Shown here one piece after another: positions 9,943 to 19,852 of a stretch of DNA of 64,000 nt. This stretch comes from Spirochaetaceae bacterium. Lineage in GTDB: Bacteria; Spirochaetota; Spirochaetia; DSM-2461. Under the pieces are notes generated by a model. The model was not told where the DNA came from. It did not search any database and worked only from the letters and a program-made list of their open reading frames with translations. The stretch is taken from contig OZ245056.1 of NCBI GenBank assembly GCA_965224705.1, positions 2,496,001 to 2,560,000 on the forward strand, read 5' to 3'. Position 1 is the first letter of the stretch, and every line of letters starts with the position of its first letter. The translations under genes and the position numbers were made by a program.

Positions 9943-10229
9943 GAGCCTGTCGGATTTACGTCTCACGGATCGATTTTTGCCCTTCTCTCCAGAAGCAAGC
10001 CTCCTGCTTGCTTCTGGAGAGCCGCCTTCGTTCGTTTTTCGCCGCCATCCGTGGCGGCTTTTCCTCGCTATCGCTCGGCACTCTCTCAGGATGCGAGTTT
10101 ATAGACTCGCATACCCTGCTGCTGTGTTGCCAAAATACTCACGTAGCCCAGCTACGCTCCGTTTTTGTCGCCTTGCATCAGGAAGAAATCATCAAAAATC
10201 GCCTCGAAGCCTTAAAATCCGACAGACTC
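9943..10229 (+). mobile_element. MITE family A, expanded copy (287 bp) carrying an extra hairpin module
   Basis: TIRs GAGCCTGTCGGA/TCCGACAGACTC; core near-identical to 38264-38424; ~125-bp hairpin-rich insert. Confidence 0.85.
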
Positions 10230-10244
10230 CTGGAGAGAATACAA

Positions 10245-10685
10245 TTGACTGATCAGGTTATATCACTGGATGCGATTATGAATGCTGTCAGGAAGAAAGT
10301 GACCGGCGATTTCGATCTTGTTGTGGGCATTGAAAGAGGCGGCGTGCTGCCGTCCTGTCTGGTTTCCCACTGGCTGAATATCCCTTTGAGTCTGATAAAG
10401 ATCAGATTTCGAGACGATAATCATCAGCCGATCATGGATTCTCCACAGTTGTTGAAGGAACCGAATGAGAATATAGCGAACCGAAGCATCCTTCTGGTCG
10501 ATGATGTGTGTAACACTGGAGCTACTTTGAACCTTGCTGTGAAAGAGCTGAAAGATGCAGCTCACATAAAAACCATGGTCATTTCCGGCTATGCGGATAT
10601 ATCTCTCTTTGGTGTGCATGAGAAATGCCTTCAGTGGCCCTGGGACGTGGACAAAGCATTGGGATCAAGTGCAGTAGAAATCTAG
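10245..10685 (+). CDS. Type I phosphoribosyltransferase (xanthine/hypoxanthine PRT-like)
   Basis: VVGIERGG and PRPP-binding ILLVDDVCNTGATL; TTG start after GGAG; the longer ORF-track N-terminus is MITE sequence. Confidence 0.85.
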   Translation: MTDQVISLDAIMNAVRKKVTGDFDLVVGIERGGVLPSCLVSHWLNIPLSLIKIRFRDDNHQPIMDSPQLLKEPNENIANRSILLVDDVCNTGATLNLAVKELKDAAHIKTMVISGYADISLFGVHEKCLQWPWDVDKALGSSAVEI

Positions 10686-11533
10686 AAATTCCGCGTATTG
10701 CGAATCAGCTCCCAGGCATGTTGAATTTCCTGGAATTTGGTCTTGGCGAATTCGGTGAATTCCTTTGGAAGTCCCTTGGCTGCTATTTTGTCCGGATGAT
10801 ATTCAGCGGCTTTTTTTCTGTATGCTTTACGTATTTCAGACTCTGCTGCATCCGCATTGACATCCAGGGTAGCGTAGGCATCCTTCAAATCACCTCCTGA
10901 TCCGCCTGCAGAGCCGCTTCCACGGGAAGAACGTCCACCAAATGTGTAGCGGGATCGGATTGATTCATATGCACTGGCAGAATACCCAAAAACTTCAGCA
11001 GATTCCCGAAGAATCCTGTCTTCTGCCGGGTGGATTCCATCAACTGATGCACTCACACGGATCATAATGAGCAGCATCATCTCCAGTAACTGAGGACGAT
11101 TTCCAAACGTATTTCTGGCACGACTTGCATATTGAGAAACTGATGTAGAAGACGAAGATGCTTCTCGGAAAATTCTCATGGCCATGGATATGCTTTCCGG
11201 AGAAGTAATATGCAGTTCATTAATCACTACATTTCGAAATGTCTTCTCTTCTTCCGGGCTGACATATCCATCTGCTGCAGCAAGTTTGCCCAGCATGGAG
11301 AAAAGGGTTTCCATGAAGACAGGTCCATCGGCTGCACCGACGCTCCCCCAACCGGAAAACCATCCATGGGTACTGCTGCCCTGGTGACTATTCCGGTAAG
11401 TCCGAACACCGATTCCTGATCCAATAGAACTTCCTATAGCTGAAAAAATAATTCCAAGGAGAAAAGATCGCAAGAGATAGGCACCAATAAAGAATCCTAG
11501 AATAGCACCGATCAGGGAAGCTGGGTTTATCAA
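10682..11533 (-). CDS. djlA: DjlA-type co-chaperone (TM + TerB-like + C-terminal J domain)
   Basis: N-terminal TM segment; MLGKLAAADG; C-terminal AYRKKAAEYHPDK...KFQEIQHAW. Confidence 0.88.
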   Translation of the reverse strand: MINPASLIGAILGFFIGAYLLRSFLLGIIFSAIGSSIGSGIGVRTYRNSHQGSSTHGWFSGWGSVGAADGPVFMETLFSMLGKLAAADGYVSPEEEKTFRNVVINELHITSPESISMAMRIFREASSSSTSVSQYASRARNTFGNRPQLLEMMLLIMIRVSASVDGIHPAEDRILRESAEVFGYSASAYESIRSRYTFGGRSSRGSGSAGGSGGDLKDAYATLDVNADAAESEIRKAYRKKAAEYHPDKIAAKGLPKEFTEFAKTKFQEIQHAWELIRNTRNF

Positions 11534-11667
11534 TTATCTACTCCTTGGAAAAAATTATCCGAAATCATCTATCTGGACAAGTAATAAACATGAAGATTAG
11601 CAGTGATTTCTTTGCCATGGCTAAAATGACAGTTTACACAATAGCATTCCCCAGCGATAATTCTAAC

Positions 11668-12804
11668 ATGATTCTTAATGAAAATGTCAGCCGCAAAATC
11701 ATTCCCATTGCCGGAGGTAAGGGAGGAGTTGGAAAAAGCATCCTTGCGGTAAACATGGCATTGAGCCTGGCAAAGAATGGAAAGAAAACTGTTCTTGTGG
11801 ACCTGGATCTCAGCGGCTCCAATATTCATACTCTGCTTGGGGTAAAAAATACAAAATCTGGAATTGGGAATATGCTATCCGGCCTCAAAACCTCGGTGTC
11901 TGAACTGGTCTGCCCTACACAATGGGAGAATCTGTATTATATCCCGGGAGATGTCCATGTCTATGGCGTCGGGGAACTCACACAGCCGGAGAAAACATTG
12001 ATAATCAATGGTCTGCTGGAAACTGAGGCTGATTACATTATCCTGGATCTGGGCGGCGGTACCAATTTCACTGTACTTGATTTCTTCCTGGTATCAAACT
12101 CCGGACTTATAATTACAACTCCACAAACAACATCAGTAATGAATGCCTATGCATTCTTAAAAAACTATGTTCTGCGATTTCTGCGGCGAGCCTTTGCTTC
12201 CAATAAGGGTATTTCAAAATATTTGAACAATGTTGTCAGAGAACAGAAACAAGAAGATCGAAGAACAATGAGTGAAATCATGGAATCTATCACTGAAATA
12301 AATGTAGAAGATGGAGAAAAGGCATCCGCATTTCTTGACGTCCTTCAACCAAAGCTCATCCTTAACAAAATAAACAGTACAGCTGACATTGTGATAGCTG
12401 TTGGATTGCGTGATCTATGTAAAAAGAACCTTTCCATAAACATTGAATGTCTGGGAACTGTTCTGGAAACTGAGATTGTCAATCGTTCTTCTGAAAACCT
12501 CACCCCATTTGTACATGACTTTCCGGAGCACATAGTTACGAATGAAATCCACCGCATATCCCAGAAGATACTTCAAAGTGGGAATTTTCCGCAAATGCCA
12601 TTAGAACTGGATTATTACTCAGATTCTTATGAACTGGCTCATATCGAAACGGAAAACGACATTGCTATTCAACAATCAGAAAAAAAATCAGGTGAGAATA
12701 CATCAGAGTTTGAGGTAGATCAGCTTCTGGAGCTGATCCGACTTCAGCAGGGGAAGATTCAAGAACTCCAGGGAACCTTGAGAATGCTTTCCATAGGGCA
12801 ATAA
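11668..12804 (+). CDS. MinD/FlhG-family P-loop ATPase with C-terminal extension
   Basis: Deviant Walker A GGKGGVGKS, VDLDL, ILDLGGG; start codon uncertain. Confidence 0.85.
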   Translation: MILNENVSRKIIPIAGGKGGVGKSILAVNMALSLAKNGKKTVLVDLDLSGSNIHTLLGVKNTKSGIGNMLSGLKTSVSELVCPTQWENLYYIPGDVHVYGVGELTQPEKTLIINGLLETEADYIILDLGGGTNFTVLDFFLVSNSGLIITTPQTTSVMNAYAFLKNYVLRFLRRAFASNKGISKYLNNVVREQKQEDRRTMSEIMESITEINVEDGEKASAFLDVLQPKLILNKINSTADIVIAVGLRDLCKKNLSINIECLGTVLETEIVNRSSENLTPFVHDFPEHIVTNEIHRISQKILQSGNFPQMPLELDYYSDSYELAHIETENDIAIQQSEKKSGENTSEFEVDQLLELIRLQQGKIQELQGTLRMLSIGQ

Positions 12805-12806
12805 CC

Positions 12807-13361
12807 CTATGACAATCCATCAGGGACTGTAAGAATCTCCATCGGTTTTGCAATCAAATCACAGGCATTTCTGGCATCAGTTCTGGTTATATTGAGCGTT
12901 TTCCACAGGGATTGTTCAAAGAATCCAAGTATTGTACGAATTGAGGATTCATCATTGTAAACAATGTAGGATGTATTCAACCCCGTTTCCTTCGCAATGG
13001 TAAAGGAAGTGTAAGTTACTATAGGTTCCTTGGCAATCATTACTTTTTCCTGCCGCTTCGTATTATATACTTCCAGTTCTTTTAGCCGAAGAGGTATGCG
13101 ATGCGCTTCATCGCGATGTATGGGTTCAAGATGCTTGGAACCGTAGTTCAGTGGTTCAAACAAAATGTAGAGCTTCCTGCCATCAGATTGAAATAACAAA
13201 CCATCTTCATTGATATAGATATCTTTTACATTTCTATAGGAAATAACTTCATAATGTGCATAACGGGTGGCATCATCAAGAAACTCTGAAATAATATAAC
13301 CCCTATCCCGGGGTAATTCATTGTCCTTATACGCTTCGTATAGCTCCAAAATCTTAGCCAT
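12807..13361 (-). CDS. Hypothetical protein
   Basis: ORF with SD GGAGG; upstream TTGACA-17 nt-TAGTAT promoter. Confidence 0.75.
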   Translation of the reverse strand: MAKILELYEAYKDNELPRDRGYIISEFLDDATRYAHYEVISYRNVKDIYINEDGLLFQSDGRKLYILFEPLNYGSKHLEPIHRDEAHRIPLRLKELEVYNTKRQEKVMIAKEPIVTYTSFTIAKETGLNTSYIVYNDESSIRTILGFFEQSLWKTLNITRTDARNACDLIAKPMEILTVPDGLS

Positions 13362-13436
13362 GGATCCTCCATTAGAAGTGATACTATCATAGATGCTCAC
13401 TATTGTCAATTTTTTTTCTCAAGATTAGTATATATT

Positions 13437-14267
13437 ATGAATTTACAGCAGGCGAGGGCAATTTTCAGGCTGGATTCCCGAATCAGCATGGAAGAGCTTA
13501 ACGGACTGTTCCGCACTCTGGTAAAAAAATATCACCCCGATAAGGTAAGAGATCATCCAGAATGGGCTCATGCCAGAATGACAGAAATCAATGATGCATA
13601 TGAACTGCTGGTAAAGAGAATCACCTCTCCTGTTCAAACTGAACCGGAAGAAAACCCGGTGGACAGGGAAGAACCGAATGATAATACCGACACTGATTCA
13701 ATCTGGCAGGTACCGCCCATGGATGAAGAAGAATCAAGGATATTCTACCCACTGTTTAATGACTTCCTTGATGGTCTGGGGCTGTATTATCAATATGGAC
13801 TGGAAAACCCTCCTGTCAGAATGGAAGGAATCCGGCGATTTCGGTATCGTGAAGCGATGAGAACAATTATCAGGGGCAGAGATTCTTTAGCCGCTTGCAG
13901 GAAAATACAGCCGCATCCGGTATTCTCAGCCGCATCTCGATTTGCCAGACTCACCACTGCGGATATTGACCTTGGAGAAATAGCCATTTCTTCAAATCCC
14001 CTTCACCGCAAATACGATAAGCGAATGATCAATGCCCGACGTTCATTCGATGAATCCATAAAAGTTATCCTGTTCCCGGAACTTGTTCCTCATCACCTGC
14101 ATTCCCGGAGTTACTCCGGTTTGTATTCGTGCTACTCTGAATTCGTTATTTATTTTACTGTTTTTGAAGAAGGGGAGCGCCGGAAGGCTGGAATTCTCCA
14201 GGCTGCACGCTATGATGCATTCATGACACTGGTTCAGATGCGCAATGCCCGAATCATGGAATTCTGA
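13437..14267 (+). CDS. J-domain protein
   Basis: N-terminal FRTLVKKYHPD...EINDAY. Confidence 0.85.
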   Translation: MNLQQARAIFRLDSRISMEELNGLFRTLVKKYHPDKVRDHPEWAHARMTEINDAYELLVKRITSPVQTEPEENPVDREEPNDNTDTDSIWQVPPMDEEESRIFYPLFNDFLDGLGLYYQYGLENPPVRMEGIRRFRYREAMRTIIRGRDSLAACRKIQPHPVFSAASRFARLTTADIDLGEIAISSNPLHRKYDKRMINARRSFDESIKVILFPELVPHHLHSRSYSGLYSCYSEFVIYFTVFEEGERRKAGILQAARYDAFMTLVQMRNARIMEF

Positions 14268-15554
14268 TTGATTTACTACCAGCGAAGCGGAATCAACATC
14301 TCTCTTTCCCGGAGGGATTTAAGGGAAGGCCTTTTCCAGGCTCTGGACAAACTGGGAAAGCGGAACAATGTACTGGCTGTTCCTCCAGATATTACCCGTT
14401 TGCATTCCTGTGCAGGCGAACTTACCTCCTGTTCCTGCCAGTACTATGGCAGGTCACTTACCGCTGTGCTGCCAGCCCTGGGCACCCATACCCCCATGAC
14501 TTCAGGTGAAATCAACCGCATGTTTCCCGGTATTCCCCACAGGTTATTCAGAAAACACAAATGGCAGACTGACCTGACGACTCTCGGCACTGTACCTGCC
14601 TCCTTTCTGACGGAAGTGTCTGAGGGAAAGATAACGTACGACTGGCCGGCACAGGTCAACAAAATTCTTACTGAAGGCCGCTTCGATTTGATTCTCTCCC
14701 TTGGTCAGGTTGTTCCTCACGGAGTGGTCGGCATGGCGAATCACTCGAAAAACATCCTGATTGGCACAGGGGGTGCAGAAGGAATACATAGGAGTCATTT
14801 TCTCGGTGCTGTTTACGGTATGGAAAGAATTATGGGTCACACTGATTCACCGGTTCGTTCCGTACTGGATTATGCGATTAACAAATTCGCCGGGGAGTTA
14901 CCCATCCTCTACGTTCTCACAGTTGTCAGTCTCACATCATCAGGCGAATTCGCTGTCAGGGGATTGTTTATTGGTGATGGGCGGGAGTGCTTTGAACAGG
15001 CTGCCGCCCTCTCCAGAAAGGTGAACTTCACCATAGTTGAGAAACCCATCAAAAAATGCTTTGTTTATCTGAATCCAGAGATATATCGCAGTACATGGCT
15101 GGGAAACAAAGCCATCTACCGAACCCGTATGGCCATGGCTGACGAGGGAGAGATAATAATATCAGGACCAGGGCTGTCGAGATTTGGTGAAAACAGGGAA
15201 ATCGACAGACTGATTCGCCGCTATGGATACTGTGGAACACCTTCGGTACTGAGTTCTGTTCGGCAAAATGCGGATTTAAAGGCGAGTTTGAGCACGGCTG
15301 CCCACCTTATCCATGGATCTTCAGAGGGACGATTTCGAATTACCTGTGCATCAAAGTATTTAAGCCGGAAGGACATCCAGGGTGTTGGCTACAATTATGC
15401 CGATCTGAATAGTTTAGCAGAAAGATACAACCCCTCCTCAATGAAGCCCGGATGGAACAATGTGAAAGGTGAAGAAGTATACTTCATTACTAACCCTGCC
15501 ATGGGCATGTGGACCCATCCAGACAGGTTCTCCAGTACTGACAGAGATATCTGA
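14268..15554 (+). CDS. LarA (lactate racemase/2-hydroxyacid epimerase) superfamily protein
   Basis: VPPDITR, PALGTHTPM, GQVVPHGVVGMANHSKN, STWLGNKAIYRTRMA, AHLIHGS. Confidence 0.8.
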   Translation: MIYYQRSGINISLSRRDLREGLFQALDKLGKRNNVLAVPPDITRLHSCAGELTSCSCQYYGRSLTAVLPALGTHTPMTSGEINRMFPGIPHRLFRKHKWQTDLTTLGTVPASFLTEVSEGKITYDWPAQVNKILTEGRFDLILSLGQVVPHGVVGMANHSKNILIGTGGAEGIHRSHFLGAVYGMERIMGHTDSPVRSVLDYAINKFAGELPILYVLTVVSLTSSGEFAVRGLFIGDGRECFEQAAALSRKVNFTIVEKPIKKCFVYLNPEIYRSTWLGNKAIYRTRMAMADEGEIIISGPGLSRFGENREIDRLIRRYGYCGTPSVLSSVRQNADLKASLSTAAHLIHGSSEGRFRITCASKYLSRKDIQGVGYNYADLNSLAERYNPSSMKPGWNNVKGEEVYFITNPAMGMWTHPDRFSSTDRDI

Positions 15555-15600
15555 ACCCTATATAATATCTATTATATAATATATAAGCTGGAGAATTTCA

Positions 15601-18600
15601 TTGATGAGATCACTTGGTATTTGTATAGGTGCTTCGACAGTAAAAACGGCATCTATTGATGATAGATTCAATGTGACTGATAAAAGGATTATCAATCACG
15701 ACGGACATCCACAAAAGGCATTGACCGATGTTTTTCAGGATCTGGACCTCAGCAGGTACAATTATGCTGCCATCACAGGGAGAAAGTTTAAAGAACTCCT
15801 TAATCTCCCTGAAATCACTGAGCCCATTGCAGCCGAGTATGCTCTCAAGCATGTTAAATCCAGGAATTGCAGAGCATTGATCAGCCTCGGAGCAGAAAAC
15901 TTTATTCTTTATGTCCTGAATGATCATTACAATATTGTCAGTGTACAAACGGGCAATAAGTGCGCATCGGGTACAGGAGAATTTTTTCTGCAGCAGATTA
16001 GAAGGATGAGCATATCAACTGATGAAGCCATTGAACTTGCCCATAAGTCTGAGCCATACACTGTTTCCGGGCGATGTTCTGTTTTCTGTAAAAGTGACTG
16101 TACTCATGCCTTGAATAAGGGGATTCCCAAAGGGCGGGTCAGTGCAGGTCTGGGGAATATGCTTGCCGACAAGGCATTGGAACTTTTACGATCTATCAAA
16201 AACGAAAACATCATGATTGTTGGCGGTGTAACCAGAAATGATTTTGTCGTCCAGGCTCTAAGAAAACAGATAAACAACGTGGTTATCCCTGAGCATACCG
16301 ATGTTTTCGAGGCCTATGGTGCTGCTGTATACGCTCTTGAAAAGAAAGAGACCATTACAGGTGAATTGTCATTTAAATCTGACCATACTTCCTTCAGCTC
16401 ACTTCCATCGCTGAGAAATGCAGAAAAACTGGTATCGTTCAAAGACTCTATTCGGGAAAAACCGACATCAGGAGATGATTATATTCTGGGACTGGATGTA
16501 GGATCCACAACAACAAAATCAGTGCTGATTCGAACAAGAGATAAGAAAATTGTCGCATCGGTCTACTTACGAACGAACGGGAATCCCATAGCCGCTTCAC
16601 GGGACTGTTACAGGGAGATAAACACTCAAATACTGGAATCAGTTTCAAGTGGAGATATTAACATCATCGGCCTGGGTGTAACCGGCTCCGGGCGTCAGAT
16701 TGCCGGTATTCATGCCGGTACGGATGGAATTGTAAACGAAATAATTGCCCACGCAACAGGAGCAGCACACTTTGATCAGGAAGTGGATACGATTTTCGAG
16801 ATTGGTGGTCAGGATGCCAAATATACCTTTCTGGTCAATGGTGTCCCATGTGATTACGCCATGAATGAAGCCTGTTCCGCAGGAACTGGTTCCTTCCTGG
16901 AAGAGGCTGCCAGAGAATCGCTGAACATAAGCTATCTGGATATTCAGAAAATCGCCATGGGAGCTGACAATCCTCCCAATTTCAATGATCAATGTGCGGC
17001 GTTTATCAGTTCCGACATTAAGAATGCTTCTCACGAGAATATCTCCAGGGACAATATTGTTGCCGGACTTGTGTACTCAATCTGCATGAATTACAACAAT
17101 CGTGTTAAGGGAAACAGAAAGGTTGGTGAAAAAGTCTTTATGCAGGGGGGGGTCTGTTACAATAAGGCCGTACCTCTTGCCATGGCCCAACTCCTCCAAA
17201 AAGAAATCATCGTCCCCCCCGATCCAGGATTAATTGGAGCTTTTGGTGTGGCTTTGGAAGTGAACAACAGGATCGATAATGAGCTGCTGGAGAAATCAGA
17301 CTTCAATCTTGTTGAACTGAGTGAAAAAAATGTGGAATACGGTAAAACTTTCACCTGTGCCGGTACTTCAGAGAACTGCGACAGAGCATGCAGGATCAAC
17401 ATCATAAAAATTGATAAAAAAAACTATCCGTTTGGCGGCATATGCAACAAGTATTACAATCAGCTTCATCACCTGAAAATCAACCCCGTTCCACTGAACT
17501 ATGTTGAAAAACATCAAGAATTGCTATTCGCTCAGCATGGGCTGGCAACCTCGGAAAAGAGCATCGGTTTATCCAGGGCCCTGTACACCAACATCCTCTA
17601 CCCATTGTTCTATCACTTCTTCACCGGCCTTGGCTTCAAGGTAATCCTTTCGGACAACGTGGATGCGGATGGTGTAAAAAAAACAGCTTCATCATTCTGT
17701 TACCCTGTGGAAATTGCCCACGGTATGTACCATAACCTGCTCCAGAAGAAACCCGACTTCATATTTCTTCCCCATATCACAAGGCTTTACCGAGTGACAA
17801 AACAACCAGGTAATGAAGGTAACAACTGCACCTGTGTTCTGGCTCAAAGTGAGCCCTACTATCTTAAAAGTACCTTTAAAGAGTCTATCTCCAAAATCAT
17901 CAGTCCCGTTCTGGACTTTCATCAGGGCTGGGATACCATGGAAAAAGAATTCATAGAAGTGGCAAAACGATTGGGCTGCGGCAAAAAAATGGCAAAAGAA
18001 GCCTACAAGGAAGGCATCAGACGGCAGAATGATTTTTATACCAACAAGAAGAAGTTGGGAAAGGAATTACTCCTGAAGTTAGAGAAGGATCCTGCGAAAA
18101 TTGCCCTGGTAATTTTTGGACGCCCATACAATGCTCTATCCGGAGATGGAAACCTGGGAATTCCAGGTAAAATTGCCTCCCGCGGCATCTATGTCCTGCC
18201 CTTTGACTGTCTGCCCTTTGATGAAGAAGAAAGCATGGAGAATATGAATTGGGCCATTGGACATGAATTGATACAGGCCGCCCGGTATGTGAAGAAGCAC
18301 AAGCAGTTATTCGGTGCTTTTATAACTAATTTCAGCTGTGGACCGGACTCATTTATTGTGGGTTACTTCCGGGACATCATGAAAACAAAACCTTCCCTAA
18401 CTCTGGAGCTGGATTCCCACAGTGCTGATGCAGGCATCAATACCAGAATTGAAGCATTTCTGGACATCGTTAACCGTTACATACATCTGGGATTGAGGGA
18501 TGAGCAATCCCGAGAATTCACTCCGGCAAGAATTCACAAAGAAAAGGGGAAATATCAATACATCACAAGTGATGGAGAGATTTTCCCGCTCAAAGATAAA

Positions 18601-19845
18601 CGAGTCAACCTACTCATTCCTTCCATGGGCCGAGCAGTATGCGAGTTCGGTGCTGCTGCATTCAGGGGGATAGGTTTTAATGCTGCATCCGTTGCCTATC
18701 CTACATTCGATACATTGATGACAGGCAGATCCCACTCCTCCTGCAAAGAATGCCTGCCCCTGATAATGACAACGGCCTCTCTTGTTACCCATATCAGGGA
18801 GAGAGAGCCAGATGAACTAACACTGTACTTCATGCCATCAACCGGCGGGAATTGCCGCTTTGCCCAATACCATGTGTATATCAAGAGGTTAATTGAGAAA
18901 CAGCAGATCAAGAATGTAGCCTTATTGACCCTCAGTGCCGAACAGAATTACATGGGACTTGGGACTGTCGATCAGATTAGACTTCTTCAATCTATTATCA
19001 TTTCGGACATTATGGATGACATTGGCAATGCTATCCTTGTTCTTCCAAAAGACAGGGAGAAGGCTCAGCTAATTTTCAATGAACAATGGCAAAAGATAGT
19101 TGTTTCCCTTGAGAATGGTGCTTCCGACCTGTATGAAGTCCTTGAGGACGTTGCTGAAAATCTGGCTGCCATTGAGCTTTCGCAGCCTCTGAGTGAGTCG
19201 AAAAAAGTGCTTCTATCGGGAGAAATATATGTGCGTAAGGATGAATTTACCTCAGGGGAAGTCATAAAAAGGCTGGCTGCAAAAGACTTTGTTGTAAAAA
19301 GGGCGCCTATACTGGAGTGGTCATATTACATTGATTACATATCAAAACACATCCTGGATACTGAGTTTTCGCTGAAGGACAGGGTGGAAACATTGGTTAA
19401 GAACATTGTTGAAAAGAAGATTGAGAAGAAGATAAAAATGGCTCTGGCCAAGTCCGGTTTGTATGAGTATGAAAGAATCGACATTCAGAAATTATTTGAG
19501 GCAGGAAAGGAGTTCATCGATCCCCGGATGACGGGGGAAGAGATACTTGTCATTGGTTCCTTTTTCAATGAAGTCGCCAAACATGTTCACGGCGTAATTT
19601 CCATTGGCCCCTTCGCCTGCCTGCCCACCAGAGTATGCGAAGCCATTTTGAGCGTCGAATCCAATGTGCAGAATAATTCCCGGATTGAACATTTGGATAA
19701 TTCAGAACACCTTAAGGAATTTCATACATTGCCCTTCTTGACCATTGAGGCTGATGGCAATCCTTTCCCCCAGGTTGTGGAGGCCAGAATTGAATCATTT
19801 ACACTTCAGGCCAATCGAATGTATGATTTGATGAACACAGGTTAG
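15601..19845 (+). CDS. Fused 2-hydroxyacyl-CoA dehydratase activase (two BadF/HgdC ASKHA modules + DUF2229/dehydratase regions)
   Basis: KCASGTGEF, GRCSVFCKSD, GLDVGSTTTK, EIGGQDAK, MNEACSAGTGSF, FSCGPDSF, GPFACLP. Confidence 0.9.
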   Translation: MMRSLGICIGASTVKTASIDDRFNVTDKRIINHDGHPQKALTDVFQDLDLSRYNYAAITGRKFKELLNLPEITEPIAAEYALKHVKSRNCRALISLGAENFILYVLNDHYNIVSVQTGNKCASGTGEFFLQQIRRMSISTDEAIELAHKSEPYTVSGRCSVFCKSDCTHALNKGIPKGRVSAGLGNMLADKALELLRSIKNENIMIVGGVTRNDFVVQALRKQINNVVIPEHTDVFEAYGAAVYALEKKETITGELSFKSDHTSFSSLPSLRNAEKLVSFKDSIREKPTSGDDYILGLDVGSTTTKSVLIRTRDKKIVASVYLRTNGNPIAASRDCYREINTQILESVSSGDINIIGLGVTGSGRQIAGIHAGTDGIVNEIIAHATGAAHFDQEVDTIFEIGGQDAKYTFLVNGVPCDYAMNEACSAGTGSFLEEAARESLNISYLDIQKIAMGADNPPNFNDQCAAFISSDIKNASHENISRDNIVAGLVYSICMNYNNRVKGNRKVGEKVFMQGGVCYNKAVPLAMAQLLQKEIIVPPDPGLIGAFGVALEVNNRIDNELLEKSDFNLVELSEKNVEYGKTFTCAGTSENCDRACRINIIKIDKKNYPFGGICNKYYNQLHHLKINPVPLNYVEKHQELLFAQHGLATSEKSIGLSRALYTNILYPLFYHFFTGLGFKVILSDNVDADGVKKTASSFCYPVEIAHGMYHNLLQKKPDFIFLPHITRLYRVTKQPGNEGNNCTCVLAQSEPYYLKSTFKESISKIISPVLDFHQGWDTMEKEFIEVAKRLGCGKKMAKEAYKEGIRRQNDFYTNKKKLGKELLLKLEKDPAKIALVIFGRPYNALSGDGNLGIPGKIASRGIYVLPFDCLPFDEEESMENMNWAIGHELIQAARYVKKHKQLFGAFITNFSCGPDSFIVGYFRDIMKTKPSLTLELDSHSADAGINTRIEAFLDIVNRYIHLGLRDEQSREFTPARIHKEKGKYQYITSDGEIFPLKDKRVNLLIPSMGRAVCEFGAAAFRGIGFNAASVAYPTFDTLMTGRSHSSCKECLPLIMTTASLVTHIREREPDELTLYFMPSTGGNCRFAQYHVYIKRLIEKQQIKNVALLTLSAEQNYMGLGTVDQIRLLQSIIISDIMDDIGNAILVLPKDREKAQLIFNEQWQKIVVSLENGASDLYEVLEDVAENLAAIELSQPLSESKKVLLSGEIYVRKDEFTSGEVIKRLAAKDFVVKRAPILEWSYYIDYISKHILDTEFSLKDRVETLVKNIVEKKIEKKIKMALAKSGLYEYERIDIQKLFEAGKEFIDPRMTGEEILVIGSFFNEVAKHVHGVISIGPFACLPTRVCEAILSVESNVQNNSRIEHLDNSEHLKEFHTLPFLTIEADGNPFPQVVEARIESFTLQANRMYDLMNTG

Positions 19846-19852
19846 GAATATC

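Noticed and set aside
9905..10252. ORFs and N-terminal extensions sharing peptides such as LKSDRL or CCQNTHVAQLRS (also at 26.8, 38.2 and 62.7 kb)
   Set aside because: Translations of MITE family A, not real proteins; they inflate the PRTase and Smc starts
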